Assembly (NCBI GenBank): GCA_043797815.1
Contig: JAZDPG010000107.1
Span: forward strand, 5,252-69,251
Source of the DNA: Bacteroidota bacterium
GTDB lineage: Bacteria > Bacteroidota > Bacteroidia > Bacteroidales > GCA-2748055
DNA length: 64,000 nucleotides
Direction: 5' to 3'
Below the pieces are notes generated by a model. It had not been told where the DNA came from. It did no database searches and saw nothing but the letters and a program-made list of their open reading frames with translations. This document shows, one piece after another, positions 10,051 to 20,375 of the stretch. A program made the position numbers and the translations under genes. Each line of letters opens with the position of its first letter. The first letter of the stretch is position 1.

Positions 10051-11238
10051 TTGATGATGAAACGAAGATCTTTCATACAGAAAACCGGTATGGCCGGGAT
10101 CCTGGCAGGAACAGGTTTGAATATGACTGCGTCCGGCTCCGGGGGTGTGAAATCCGGCTACAGGGTTCCTCCCCACAACTGGGATAACCACGATTTCGGT
10201 CCGCCACCTTCCATCACCGACCGGCTGAACCAGGGTCCCTTTTCTGCCTACGGTCCCGATGCCACCGCCCCGTCCAAAACAGCAGTTCCCAACGTGGGAA
10301 TGCGCATCCAGCTGATGAGTCCGGTCATCGAGCCCCACTCGGTTCCGGATTTCGTGGCGGACAAAGTGCCTTTCGTGGAGCTGGGCACAACCGGTGAGAT
10401 CGGGATCCCCGGCAAGGTCCATGCCGCTCCCAGGTACGATCATCCCGAATTTATGGCAGCCTATCAGGAGCTGGATAACCTGCTGTCGGACCTCTATAAC
10501 GGCCATGACCTGGTGGAATTCGTAGATACCTGTATGTATGGATTCTGGGGCGAAGGCCATACCTGGCCCTTTGAAGGGAATCCGTTTCCCGACTACCACA
10601 CCGCCGAGAAGACATCCATCGCACTTTTCGAACACCAGGCCGGGAACTGGGACCGGACACCGCTGCTGACCAACACCCAGCCCGACTTCAGCCATGTGGG
10701 GAATTCCGAGGTGCTGGACCGGACCATCCGGAGTCACAACTGGCTCCGGACAGATACCATCTTCATAGAGAACGAACAGATCGAAGCGCTGAGCAACAGG
10801 CCGCCATGGGCCGGGGCCCTGGTGGAAAACGGCATCTCCTCCGGCGGTCCCGGAACCCTTCGGATGAGTGAAGGGGTTAGTCGCTCCGAAAACATCATCC
10901 GCCACGCAAAAGATGTATCCCCCAACTACTTTTCACTATGGAACTGGCATCAAATCTCAGCCGCCCGCCTGAATGACTCCTGCGCGCAGTTCAAAGAACC
11001 CATCGATGAACTCCGGGTAACCATTGGCTACCGGGTACGACCTTCCTGGATCTGGATTTACGAACAGGAGTCCTGCCCCACCCTGATCGCAGGAGTTGTG
11101 AACGACGGGGTGGCCGGAGTACCGGGGGCATTAAGGATTTATGTGAAAAACAGCCGGGGAAGGTCAGGCAGGCAGCATTGGCCCTGCCGGCAGGAGCTGA
11201 ATGAAGATGGTTCCCTGATACTCCGCCGGAATATTTAG
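10051..11238 (+). pseudogene. Tat-signal putative glycoside hydrolase (GH-A/DUF4832-like), probably internally deleted and C-terminally frameshifted
   Basis: KRRSFIQK Tat motif; YGFWGEGH; GYRVRP...NDGVAG; short N-terminal barrel part and implausible C-terminus. Confidence 0.5.
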
Positions 11239-11277
11239 ATTTATTACACAAATGATTCACTTATAAAAGAGAGAAAG

Positions 11278-12171
11278 ATGGGAAAAAAGATCTGGTTGAT
11301 TTACGCACTGATTACGACAGTCACCTGGGGTTTCTGGGGTGCCTTGTCCAGCACACCCATGGTAAACGGATTTCCATCCACCCTGGTCTATTGCATCTGG
11401 GCGCTTACCATGCTGATTCCGGGTATCGTGGTGCTGAAGATCCATAACTGGAAGGTTGCAATGGACAAAAAATCTGTCGTTTACGGCTCCCTCATCGGCT
11501 TTCTGGGAGCCGGGGGACAGCTCCTGCTGTTTCAGGCACTGAAGGCCGGACCGGCTTACCTGATCTTTCCCATTATCTCCATATCACCCGTGGTTACCAT
11601 CACCCTCTCCTTCCTGCTTTTAAAAGAGCGGACAGGCAAACTGGGCATTGCGGGGATCGTTCTGGCCCTGGTGGCACTGCCCCTGTTTGAAGTTACAAAA
11701 GGCAGTGCAGCAGACGGCCACGGGGTCCTGTGGTTTGTCATGTCCATCCTGGTTCTTGCAGCCTGGGGCATACAGGCCTATTTCATGAAGCTGGCCAACA
11801 AGCATACCGACGGGGGAAGCATCTTTTTCTACATGACCGTCACGGCGCTTCTGCTGATCCCCATACCCCTGCTGATGACCGATTTTTCGGCCGATATCAA
11901 CTGGGGAATGAGCGGACTCTGGGCCACTGCCGGCGTACAGGTGCTCAACTCCGTTGGAGCGCTCTGCCTGGTCTTTGCTTACCGGCACGGGAAGGCCATC
12001 GTGGTTTCTCCCCTGGCCAATGCCGGGGCCCCGCTGATGACCGCAGTGATCTCCCTGCTGATCCTGGGTGTCATGCCCTCCACCACCAAAATGATCGGTA
12101 TCGGACTGGCCGTGATCGCGGCCCTGTTCATAGCGCTTCAGCCCGAAGATGATGCAAAACAGGCCCCCTGA
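11278..12171 (+). CDS. DMT/EamA family transporter
   Basis: About 10 hydrophobic segments in two repeats; WGFWG, LLKER. Confidence 0.85.
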   Translation: MGKKIWLIYALITTVTWGFWGALSSTPMVNGFPSTLVYCIWALTMLIPGIVVLKIHNWKVAMDKKSVVYGSLIGFLGAGGQLLLFQALKAGPAYLIFPIISISPVVTITLSFLLLKERTGKLGIAGIVLALVALPLFEVTKGSAADGHGVLWFVMSILVLAAWGIQAYFMKLANKHTDGGSIFFYMTVTALLLIPIPLLMTDFSADINWGMSGLWATAGVQVLNSVGALCLVFAYRHGKAIVVSPLANAGAPLMTAVISLLILGVMPSTTKMIGIGLAVIAALFIALQPEDDAKQAP

Positions 12172-12180
12172 GGAACTGTC

Positions 12181-14157
12181 ATGAATACAGGACACATGAG
12201 AGTCAAAATGAAGCTGACAACCCTTGTCTTTCTGGCCACCGGTGTGGTGATGACCGTTGCGCTCCCGGGCCAGTCAACCACCCATGTGTACCAGTCCACC
12301 TCTGCCGTCATAGCCAATCCCGAAAGGGGCTGGTACGATGACTACTACAGCCACGCGGGAGGAAAGACCCTGGGGACCACCTACAAACTCCTGAAAGCCA
12401 AAGAGATGAAGGAGAACCGGGAAAACGACAAGATTACCCTGATCCTGCGCCTGTTCTACCTGCATGAGTTCCTTGAGGAAGATGCCGTCAGCCAGGAATA
12501 TCTGGACCGCATGCAGTCCGATTTTGACTCCGTTCGCGCTGCCGGGGTGAAGTGTATCATCCGCTTTGCCTACAGTGCTTCCCAGAGTGCCGCTGTCTGG
12601 GATGCAACCCCCGATAAGGTGTTCTCACATATCGAATCCCTGGCCGGGGTTCTCACTGCCAACGGGGATGTGATCGCCGGAGCCCAGGCCGGATTTATCG
12701 GGGCATGGGGAGAGTGGTACTATACAAAGAACTTTGCCGGTTTCTCCTTCAAACCGGATGAAACCGACCAGCAGAACAGGCGGACGGTGGTGGAGAAGCT
12801 TCTGGACGCTTTGCCCGGACACGTGTCTGTGGCGGGAAGAACCCCGGCCATCATGCAGAACATTGCGGGAACAACTGATCCCCTTACCGAAAGTGAGGCT
12901 TTCGACGGAAGCTATAAATCCAGGACCGGCCATCACAACGACTGCTTCCTGGCCGATGCCTCCGATTATGGTACCTATACCAACCTGGAGGAGGACCTGG
13001 CCTACCTGCACGAAACCACCCAATACACCATCACCGGGGGTGAAACCTGCGATGCATCCAACCCGACCAGCGACTGTGTGAACGGTCTCCCCCGGATGGC
13101 GGAGCTGCACTGGACCTACCTGAACAGGGATTACAACCGGGATGTGTACGACAAGTGGGCAGGACAGGGCTGCTACGATGAGATCAATATTTCCATGGGA
13201 TACAGGATCCGCCTGGTTTCGGCCACACTTTCCGACTCGGTCAGCCCGGGAGCGGACATGCACCTCTCCCTCACCCTGCAGAACAACGGGTATGCGGCAC
13301 CCACCCTGTACAAGCCCATCCAGGTGGTGCTGACCCACACCACCTCCGGGGAACAGCTTACGCTGGACTACCATGGCACCCGTGATGACATCCGCTTCTG
13401 GCTCCCGGGAGAGATTTTGACTGAAGGAAGCGTTGTGATCCCGGCCGAATTGGAGGATGGCAATTACAGTGTGGCCCTTCGCCTGGCTGATAAGGACCCT
13501 GGGCTGGCTCAAAACACGGCCTACTCCATTCAGCTGGCCAACGCGGGAACCTGGGATGAACAGCAGGGAATCAACCTGCTGAACCACATGGTGGTTATCG
13601 GGGCGGGAGGAGAAGGAGCCCTCCCTTTGGCACCCATTGACCTGGAGGCAAGCACTGTGTCCGATACGGAGATCGCACTGACCTGGACCGGTGAATCCGG
13701 CAATGAGACGGGCTTTGAAATCATGCGGTCCAGGGGCGAAAGCGATACCTGGGAAACACTGGTTACTTTGGAGGCGGATGCAGCCTCTTACACCGATACC
13801 CTTGCCCTGAAGGGTACCATGTACAGCTACATCATCAGGGCCATCAACGCTTACGGAGCCTCTGCATGGTCGGACAGCGCCACTGCCACCACCCTGGGGG
13901 TTTCTGCCTCAGTCCCCGCAGTCCCCTCCTTCGAAGTCTATCCAAATCCGCTTTTCGGAGGCGATCTGACCCTCCGGTTTCCCGACAATGCAACCAGACA
14001 GGTGGTGATCACCTCCGCCTCGGGAGCACACATATTCAGTGCTTCCACCAGCGAATCCACCCTCACCGTCCGCGGGAACCTTTTCTCTCAGGGAATCCAC
14101 CTGCTTACCATCACAGAAGACCATAAGAAGACCGGAATGAAACTCCTTGTCTTATAA
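12181..14157 (+). CDS. DUF4874/DUF4832 putative glycoside hydrolase with FN3 domain and T9SS C-terminal domain
   Basis: NPERGWY, GFIGAWGEWY, GHHNDCFL, GGETC, MGYR; FN3 (ALTW...Y.IRAIN); VYPNP sorting domain. Confidence 0.8.
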   Translation: MNTGHMRVKMKLTTLVFLATGVVMTVALPGQSTTHVYQSTSAVIANPERGWYDDYYSHAGGKTLGTTYKLLKAKEMKENRENDKITLILRLFYLHEFLEEDAVSQEYLDRMQSDFDSVRAAGVKCIIRFAYSASQSAAVWDATPDKVFSHIESLAGVLTANGDVIAGAQAGFIGAWGEWYYTKNFAGFSFKPDETDQQNRRTVVEKLLDALPGHVSVAGRTPAIMQNIAGTTDPLTESEAFDGSYKSRTGHHNDCFLADASDYGTYTNLEEDLAYLHETTQYTITGGETCDASNPTSDCVNGLPRMAELHWTYLNRDYNRDVYDKWAGQGCYDEINISMGYRIRLVSATLSDSVSPGADMHLSLTLQNNGYAAPTLYKPIQVVLTHTTSGEQLTLDYHGTRDDIRFWLPGEILTEGSVVIPAELEDGNYSVALRLADKDPGLAQNTAYSIQLANAGTWDEQQGINLLNHMVVIGAGGEGALPLAPIDLEASTVSDTEIALTWTGESGNETGFEIMRSRGESDTWETLVTLEADAASYTDTLALKGTMYSYIIRAINAYGASAWSDSATATTLGVSASVPAVPSFEVYPNPLFGGDLTLRFPDNATRQVVITSASGAHIFSASTSESTLTVRGNLFSQGIHLLTITEDHKKTGMKLLVL

Positions 14158-14169
14158 ACTGCAGGAGAG

Positions 14170-15729
14170 CTATAAGATCAAAAACCTGTTTACCGATACC
14201 CGGCGGTCCTGCATCACTTTTAAAAAATAGGTACCCTGATCAAGCCTGCCGGTGGGGATCTCGATGACTCCCGGACCGGATACACCGGTGAGGGCAAGCC
14301 GTCCAAGGCTGTCATACACATAATAATTCACCTCAATCGCTTTACCGCTGCCATCCAGAAACATGGTTTCTCCCGGACCCACGGGATTGGGAAATGGCAG
14401 CCCCGGTGATCTCCCTGCCACAGCAGGCTCCGCCACACCGGTCAGTTCCTGTGTTCCGAAAAACTGAATTTCCTGTCCCTCCACCAGTTTATCGCATTCA
14501 ATGGTGAGTTCCGCACCTCCGGCTCCGGCCGGCACGCCGCATACGGCCGTATCTCCGGGGGACAAGAGTTTCAGCGAAACCGGTGACCTGACACCATCCA
14601 CCGCGATGAAGGCATCATAATAGATGGGCGCCACGCCCACGTTGGTAATCTCAAATACAGCGGTGTCGGGCGCACTCCGGAGGCTTACAATTTTAAACCG
14701 GTAACCGGTTGCCATGCCGGCCTCCCTGATCCGCTCCATGGTCTGGTATCCGGGCTGGTCGTTGCCGATCATGTAGGTGATGTGAAAATTCTCTGCCCAG
14801 GTCTCAAACGGGGTGCCATAGGGTCCGCCGGGCCAGTCCAGCACATGCTCCTGGTCGTAACCGGAGTAATAGCTGAACTCCCCTCCCGCCGGGGACAACC
14901 TGTAATGCTCCCTGTCAAAGAAGTTCCACTCCAGCTCATTCCATGAACTGTGATCCTTGTGCATAAAAGAGTCATCAAACAGCCCGAACCGTATATTTTT
15001 AAGCTCCGGTTTCCCGGCGAAGGGAGTATAGGTATCATCGGCCGCATCGATGGAAATGCTCCATGGTATGTTTTTGAATACAGAAGCCATGTGGTAGAAA
15101 AACTCTTCCTGGAAGGCCTTGCTTGGAAAGGTCCCTCCCAGAATAAACGGACCGTCGTAAATGTGGTATTCAGCCCAGAGTCCGAAACCGGTCTGGATAA
15201 AGGCCAGTCTGGGATCCTTGTCGTAGCGCTCCGCAAATCTGGTGTAGAACTCCAGGGTAAACCGCTGAAGCTCTTCGTTGGTCCAGTCGGGAAAATGGGT
15301 GGTCTTCCCTTCCGATATTCCAACGGTTTCATGGTAATCCTCCCTGCCGAGGATATAGGCCGGTACCGAGGTCTCGTACCCCGGGTAGACAAAACGGAAC
15401 CTGAGAATGGCCTGGTGTTTACGCGCAGCAATGGCATCCAGCTTGCTGTCCACCACATCCCAGTTGTAGACGCCGCTGTCCTGCACCACACGGTTGTACA
15501 GCATGTAGGAGAACTCCAGCGAAATCACATCGGTGTCCCTGTCTCCCGAATCATCCCAGAACACAATCCCGGTCATGGGCTGTACATCCGTGATGACTTG
15601 GTCCGGGTAAAGGTCTTCAAAATCCTGGGCGGGCAGCATGCCGGCCACCAGCATGCCAGCCACCAGCAGCAGGCCAAAACCAGCGCCCGGCCACGTCCAA
15701 TGCAGCATTCTCCTCTTTAACTTACCCAT
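14170..15729 (-). CDS. DUF4832-like putative glycoside hydrolase with T9SS C-terminal domain
   Basis: QPMTGIVFW, GFGLWAEYH, GGEFSYY, GYRF, NVGVAPIYY; PFPNP...YDSLGR...GTYFLKV. Confidence 0.75.
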   Translation of the reverse strand: MGKLKRRMLHWTWPGAGFGLLLVAGMLVAGMLPAQDFEDLYPDQVITDVQPMTGIVFWDDSGDRDTDVISLEFSYMLYNRVVQDSGVYNWDVVDSKLDAIAARKHQAILRFRFVYPGYETSVPAYILGREDYHETVGISEGKTTHFPDWTNEELQRFTLEFYTRFAERYDKDPRLAFIQTGFGLWAEYHIYDGPFILGGTFPSKAFQEEFFYHMASVFKNIPWSISIDAADDTYTPFAGKPELKNIRFGLFDDSFMHKDHSSWNELEWNFFDREHYRLSPAGGEFSYYSGYDQEHVLDWPGGPYGTPFETWAENFHITYMIGNDQPGYQTMERIREAGMATGYRFKIVSLRSAPDTAVFEITNVGVAPIYYDAFIAVDGVRSPVSLKLLSPGDTAVCGVPAGAGGAELTIECDKLVEGQEIQFFGTQELTGVAEPAVAGRSPGLPFPNPVGPGETMFLDGSGKAIEVNYYVYDSLGRLALTGVSGPGVIEIPTGRLDQGTYFLKVMQDRRVSVNRFLIL

Positions 15730-15743
15730 GAAACCGCTGTTGT

Positions 15744-17237
15744 TTAGTCGTTCTGTTCACACAGGGGATTGTAGGCAATCTCCTGGGCTGCCGGGATGTA
15801 ATAGATCTGCCTGGGCCCGTTGTAGGGATAGATCTCAGTAGTCCCGGGTACGTTCTGCGCCGAGCTGAAGGAGCGGTCCAGGTCGATCTTGTTCCGCATC
15901 AGGTCGTCGCGCCGGTGCCCCTCAAAGGCCAGCTCGAGCCTGCGCTCACCCAATACTGCATCCAGCACAGAGGCAAAACCATGGGCTGCCAGGTTTCCAG
16001 TGGTGATCAGCTCATCCCCCGAGAGCCCGGCCCGCATCCGGATGGTATTCACATCATCCAGTGCCTCTGCATCCATACCCAGGTGGGCATAGGCCTCCGC
16101 CCGGTTCAGCACCACTTCGGACAGGCGCATGAACTGGGGAGAATGTACCGTGGAAATCCCGTTCTGGTAGGAGAACTTGGTCATGTAGATCTTCTCATAG
16201 GAGGTTCCCTGGTACTTGGCGGGGCTTGTGCCGTCCCAGATGGTATCCAGCAGCTGGTTCCGCACATCATGGGGGTACCTGGAAACAAGTTCCCGGTACG
16301 GTGCCGACGGGAAAACCTCACCCCAGCCACCGTCGCCGTTGTACATGGAGCCGATGGCTCCCGTGCTGCGGTTCTCGGTATCGTCATGAAAGAGGATGAA
16401 CATGGCCTCGCCGGAGCTGGCCGAATTCTGCAAGGCGTAGATATAGTTCTCCCTGGGTTCCAGTTCGAAGGGAGAATTTTCAAGAACATCCGTGGCCACG
16501 GCCACCACCGAATCATACTGTTCGGTGAACAGGTAGGCCCTGGTGAGGTAACCCAGTGCTGCATATTTGTTTCCGTACTTGCTGGCATCCGACGACCTTT
16601 GCGTCATCAACCCGGCTCCGGCCCACAGGTCATTGATAATCTGGCGGTAGGTCTCCCCCACCGTGGCCCTGGCCTTGGCATCCTCTCCGCCCAGTCCGGT
16701 GCGCAAAATCACCCCCTTGTTACTGAGTCCGTGGGAAGGCGGGAACGAAAACAAGCGGGCCAGGTCGAAGAAAACCATGCCCCGGTAGAAATAGCTCTCG
16801 CCGATGTACTGCTTCGCCTCATCGCTGGTGCTTCCGTCAATCTCCGCATTGTTGATGATCTGGTTGCAGTTCAGGATGATCTTGTACCCGGTTGCCCACA
16901 GGTAGGAGGTATTCTCCTGGGAAAGAATATGGGCCCGGTTGAAGGACAGCCAGAGCGGGTCCGTGGTACTTTTCACGATCAGCACATTGTCCGAAGGGAA
17001 TTCCGTGGTCTGATACAGCACCCTTACATAGACGTTGTTTGCTTCATCTCCCAGCAAATCCTTCATCATGCGCAGTGACCCGTTGGCCAGTCCAGCCATG
17101 CCCTGCTCATCAAGCAGCAGCTGCTCGGCCGTCAGTGCGTCATAGGGTTTCAGGTCCAGGAAATCCTCGCATCCGGTTCCCATGGCAAGCAGGAGAACCA
17201 TGATCAGGCTGATGGAAATATATGTTCTGTTTTTCAT
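15744..17237 (-). CDS. susD: SusD/RagB family nutrient-binding lipoprotein
   Basis: Lipobox GTGC-EDFLD; GESYFYRG, RLSEVVLNRAEA, ERRLELAFEGHR. Confidence 0.92.
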   Translation of the reverse strand: MKNRTYISISLIMVLLLAMGTGCEDFLDLKPYDALTAEQLLLDEQGMAGLANGSLRMMKDLLGDEANNVYVRVLYQTTEFPSDNVLIVKSTTDPLWLSFNRAHILSQENTSYLWATGYKIILNCNQIINNAEIDGSTSDEAKQYIGESYFYRGMVFFDLARLFSFPPSHGLSNKGVILRTGLGGEDAKARATVGETYRQIINDLWAGAGLMTQRSSDASKYGNKYAALGYLTRAYLFTEQYDSVVAVATDVLENSPFELEPRENYIYALQNSASSGEAMFILFHDDTENRSTGAIGSMYNGDGGWGEVFPSAPYRELVSRYPHDVRNQLLDTIWDGTSPAKYQGTSYEKIYMTKFSYQNGISTVHSPQFMRLSEVVLNRAEAYAHLGMDAEALDDVNTIRMRAGLSGDELITTGNLAAHGFASVLDAVLGERRLELAFEGHRRDDLMRNKIDLDRSFSSAQNVPGTTEIYPYNGPRQIYYIPAAQEIAYNPLCEQND

Positions 17238-17255
17238 CGTTGCGTCATTTAAAAA

Positions 17256-20200
17256 TTAGAAGCTGAATTCCAGACCCAGCAGGTACTGCTTGTTGATCGG
17301 ATATTTGAAATACTGGGTTCCCGGGAGGGTATACGATCCCATGTAGAGGGGCACATCCGGATCGGCTCCGGAATATTTTGTAAAGGTGAACAGGTTGTCC
17401 ATGCTCAGTGTCACACGCAGGTTGTGCATTTTGATCTTCTGCGCGATGTTCTGCGGAAGGTCATAGGCAAGGGTCAGGTTGCGCAGCCGCACGTAGCTTC
17501 CGTCCTCCAGGTACCGTGAAGAGTACTTGTTCGAATTCAGGTTTCCCCCGTATACAGGTTCGGGGTGTGTGGCATCGTCACCGGGATTCACCCAGCGGGA
17601 CCATCCTTTCTGCATGACCATGGCATTCACGGAAAAATTCTCGCCGTCGTTGTCCGACTCCTGGCGGCTGGAGTGGTAGATCATGTTTCCCACCGAGTAG
17701 GAGAAGGCTGCATTCAGCGACAGCCCCTTCCAGGAGAAAAATGTGCCAAACCCGCCTGAGAAATCGGGGAAGGGTGATCCCATCACCTGGTAATCCTCCT
17801 CCGCGTCGGTATAAATGCTCGTGGCCACGCGGCCGGTCTCATTGCCGTCGGCATCATAGATGATGTCCTCCCAGAGCGGCTCCCCGTTGTCGGGATCCAC
17901 CCCCAGCCACTTGGGCATGTACCAGTCGAAGGCACCTCCGCCCACCACCAGGATCTGGCTTGGGTCTCCCCTGCTGATCACCATTTCGGTCACCGATTCC
18001 TTGTCCGAAAGTGCAATCAGCTTGTTGTTGTTGTGGGCGATATTGAAATTGATGTTCCAGGTGATATCCTTCGTCCGCATTGCCGTGGCATTCACAGCCA
18101 GCTCAATTCCCATGTTCCGGATTTCACCCACGTTGGCCCACTGGAACTCATACCCTTTGGACGAGGGGAGCGGGTTCCTGAAAAGCAGGTCTTTGGTCCT
18201 GGTGTCGTAAAAATCCACATTGACCTCCAGGCGCCGGAGAAATCCCATATCGATGCCGATATTCAGCGGGTTGCTGGTCTCCCAGGTCAGGTCGTAGTTT
18301 CCGGGTACTTCCGGGAAGTAGGGCGTCTGCCCGTTGTAGATCCCGGCCGCCGTAAAGGAGGGGAAGTAGGGATAGTAGGAACCATCGGGGAAAGATGAGT
18401 TACCCACCGCACCATAACTGGCCCTCAGCTTCAGGTAGTGAACAGCCTCCAGGTTCTGCATGAACTCTTCGCTGCTGATCAGCCAGGAAGCGGCATAGGT
18501 GAAGAAAGATGCATATTTGTTGGAGGGGGCAAATCTGGAATTGCCGTCGCGCCGGTAAGAGACCGTGGCAAAATACTTCTTGGCGTAGTTGTAATTCAGT
18601 TGCGACAGGATCGACACACCCCTGGATTCAACAATGGTCCCCGAGGGCTGCTCCTGTGCTCCGGCCACGCCCATTACCACCTGGCCGGGAAGGAATCCCA
18701 CAGCCACTCCTCCCAGGTTCCTTTCGCTGCGGTAGCTTCCCGCTTCGAAACCCACCAGGCCGTCGATGCCATGGGCTCCGAAATCCTTGTTGAACTTCAA
18801 AAGGGAGGTATTCCCCCAGCTTTGGTCGAGGGTCACATCATTGGAAATTCTTCCCCCGTCGGCTGCTCCCTCGAAACTTTTGGGCGAGTAAATGGCCTCG
18901 AATTTCGAGTAACCCATTCCCAGGGTGGTCCATGAATCAATCTTCAGCCAGTCGGTGATCCTGATCCCCAGGGTCACGTTGGCCTGACCGTCCAGTCCGT
19001 ACCCGCCCTCGCGGTTGTATTGCTCCGAATGGTAGGGGTTGCTGATCAGGTTTGACAGCCAGCCTGCCCCGGACACATCATAGATCAGCTCGCCGCCGGC
19101 ATCCACCGGCTGGTCCCAGGGCTGAAGCCTGAATGCCCCCTCTGCCATGTTCCAGTTGGCATAGGTGCTTTTCCCGTAATTGAATACGAAATTGGTTCCG
19201 ATGTTCACCCGGTCGTTCAGCTGGTACTTCACGTTGGACCTGATGCTCAGGCGGTCATAGGAGGTGGACCGGAGGGTACCCTGATCGTCCATGTAGTCCA
19301 CCGACAGGTAATAGTTTGTTTTTTCGGAACCACCCAGGGCCGAGACGTTGACCGTGGTGATGCTGGACTGCCTGTAGGTATTGTTCACCCAGTCGTAATC
19401 GTAATTCAGCAGGCTGTCGGGCCGGGCAATGGGAAACAGTGCAGGAGAAAAAAACGACTCGTGGTAATCATACAGCTGCTGCGTATTCATCAGCTGGTAA
19501 TTTCCGAATTCGGGTGTCTTGATCCCGCGTTTGATCCGGGCCCGGATCTCGGAGGAGCCGGGTTTTCCGCTTTTGGTGGTGATCAGGATCACACCTGCAG
19601 CTGCTGCCGACCCGTAGAGTCCGGTGGCACCGGCATCCTTCAGGATCGAAACACTCTCAATGTCATTCGGGTTGTAGGATCCCCCGATAATCCCGTCCAC
19701 CACAACCAGCGGCTTCTGCGGAGAAAAAACCGAACCCACACCCCTGATCCGGATGTCGCTGGCTTCACCGGGCTGACCCGATGCACTCTGCACGTGCACA
19801 CCGGCTACCTTGCCGATCAGCATATCCTCCACACTATTCACGGTGACCTGGTTGATATCATCTGCTTTCAGGGACACCACCGCACTGGAAATCTCGGTCC
19901 TTGATTTGCTCGAGTAGGCCGTCACAACCACCTCTTCCATGTTCATGTAATCCTGCTCGAGTGCAACATCGATGATGGTTTGTCCGTTCACGGGAATTTC
20001 CTGCCTCAGGTATCCCACATAGGAGATGACCAGTACCGCGTTTTGTCCGGCCACGGAAATGGCATAGTCTCCATCAAGGCCGGTGACAACACCGTTGGTG
20101 GTTCCCTTCTCCAAAACTGTTGCCCCGGGCAGCGGGGCACTTTCCAAAGCGGAGGTCACAGTCCCCCTCACATCGGCCTGCCCCTGCACCTGGGCGATCA

Positions 20201-20270
20201 CCAGGGAAAAACACAGGAGTAATCCCAGGCGGCCGGCTGGTTTTTGCAGCTTTCTATTCATGGTCATCAT
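17256..20270 (-). CDS. susC: SusC/RagA family TonB-dependent transporter
   Basis: N-terminal extension, IRIRG, PLVVVDG, DIESVSILKDA, LTWETS, RLRNLTLAY, C-terminal F. Confidence 0.95.
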   Translation of the reverse strand: MMTMNRKLQKPAGRLGLLLCFSLVIAQVQGQADVRGTVTSALESAPLPGATVLEKGTTNGVVTGLDGDYAISVAGQNAVLVISYVGYLRQEIPVNGQTIIDVALEQDYMNMEEVVVTAYSSKSRTEISSAVVSLKADDINQVTVNSVEDMLIGKVAGVHVQSASGQPGEASDIRIRGVGSVFSPQKPLVVVDGIIGGSYNPNDIESVSILKDAGATGLYGSAAAAGVILITTKSGKPGSSEIRARIKRGIKTPEFGNYQLMNTQQLYDYHESFFSPALFPIARPDSLLNYDYDWVNNTYRQSSITTVNVSALGGSEKTNYYLSVDYMDDQGTLRSTSYDRLSIRSNVKYQLNDRVNIGTNFVFNYGKSTYANWNMAEGAFRLQPWDQPVDAGGELIYDVSGAGWLSNLISNPYHSEQYNREGGYGLDGQANVTLGIRITDWLKIDSWTTLGMGYSKFEAIYSPKSFEGAADGGRISNDVTLDQSWGNTSLLKFNKDFGAHGIDGLVGFEAGSYRSERNLGGVAVGFLPGQVVMGVAGAQEQPSGTIVESRGVSILSQLNYNYAKKYFATVSYRRDGNSRFAPSNKYASFFTYAASWLISSEEFMQNLEAVHYLKLRASYGAVGNSSFPDGSYYPYFPSFTAAGIYNGQTPYFPEVPGNYDLTWETSNPLNIGIDMGFLRRLEVNVDFYDTRTKDLLFRNPLPSSKGYEFQWANVGEIRNMGIELAVNATAMRTKDITWNINFNIAHNNNKLIALSDKESVTEMVISRGDPSQILVVGGGAFDWYMPKWLGVDPDNGEPLWEDIIYDADGNETGRVATSIYTDAEEDYQVMGSPFPDFSGGFGTFFSWKGLSLNAAFSYSVGNMIYHSSRQESDNDGENFSVNAMVMQKGWSRWVNPGDDATHPEPVYGGNLNSNKYSSRYLEDGSYVRLRNLTLAYDLPQNIAQKIKMHNLRVTLSMDNLFTFTKYSGADPDVPLYMGSYTLPGTQYFKYPINKQYLLGLEFSF

Positions 20271-20275
20271 GCATT

Positions 20276-20344
20276 AATAACGATTGATTCGGAAATAATG
20301 ATTGATTCGATATAATGATTGATTCGATATAATGATTGATTCGG
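20276..20344. repeat. 4 x 17-bp tandem repeat (ATAATGATTGATTCG core) in the susC 5' UTR
   Basis: Copies at 20276, 20294, 20311, 20328. Confidence 0.9.
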
Positions 20345-20348
20345 ATCG

Positions 20349-20375
20349 GTAATCTCATGATTACAGACAAATATA
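20349..20375 (-). promoter_or_regulatory. susC -7 element (TATATTTG) with adjacent palindrome GTAATC-TCAT-GATTAC
   Basis: -7 element at 20368-20375; inverted repeat at 20349-20364. Confidence 0.6.
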
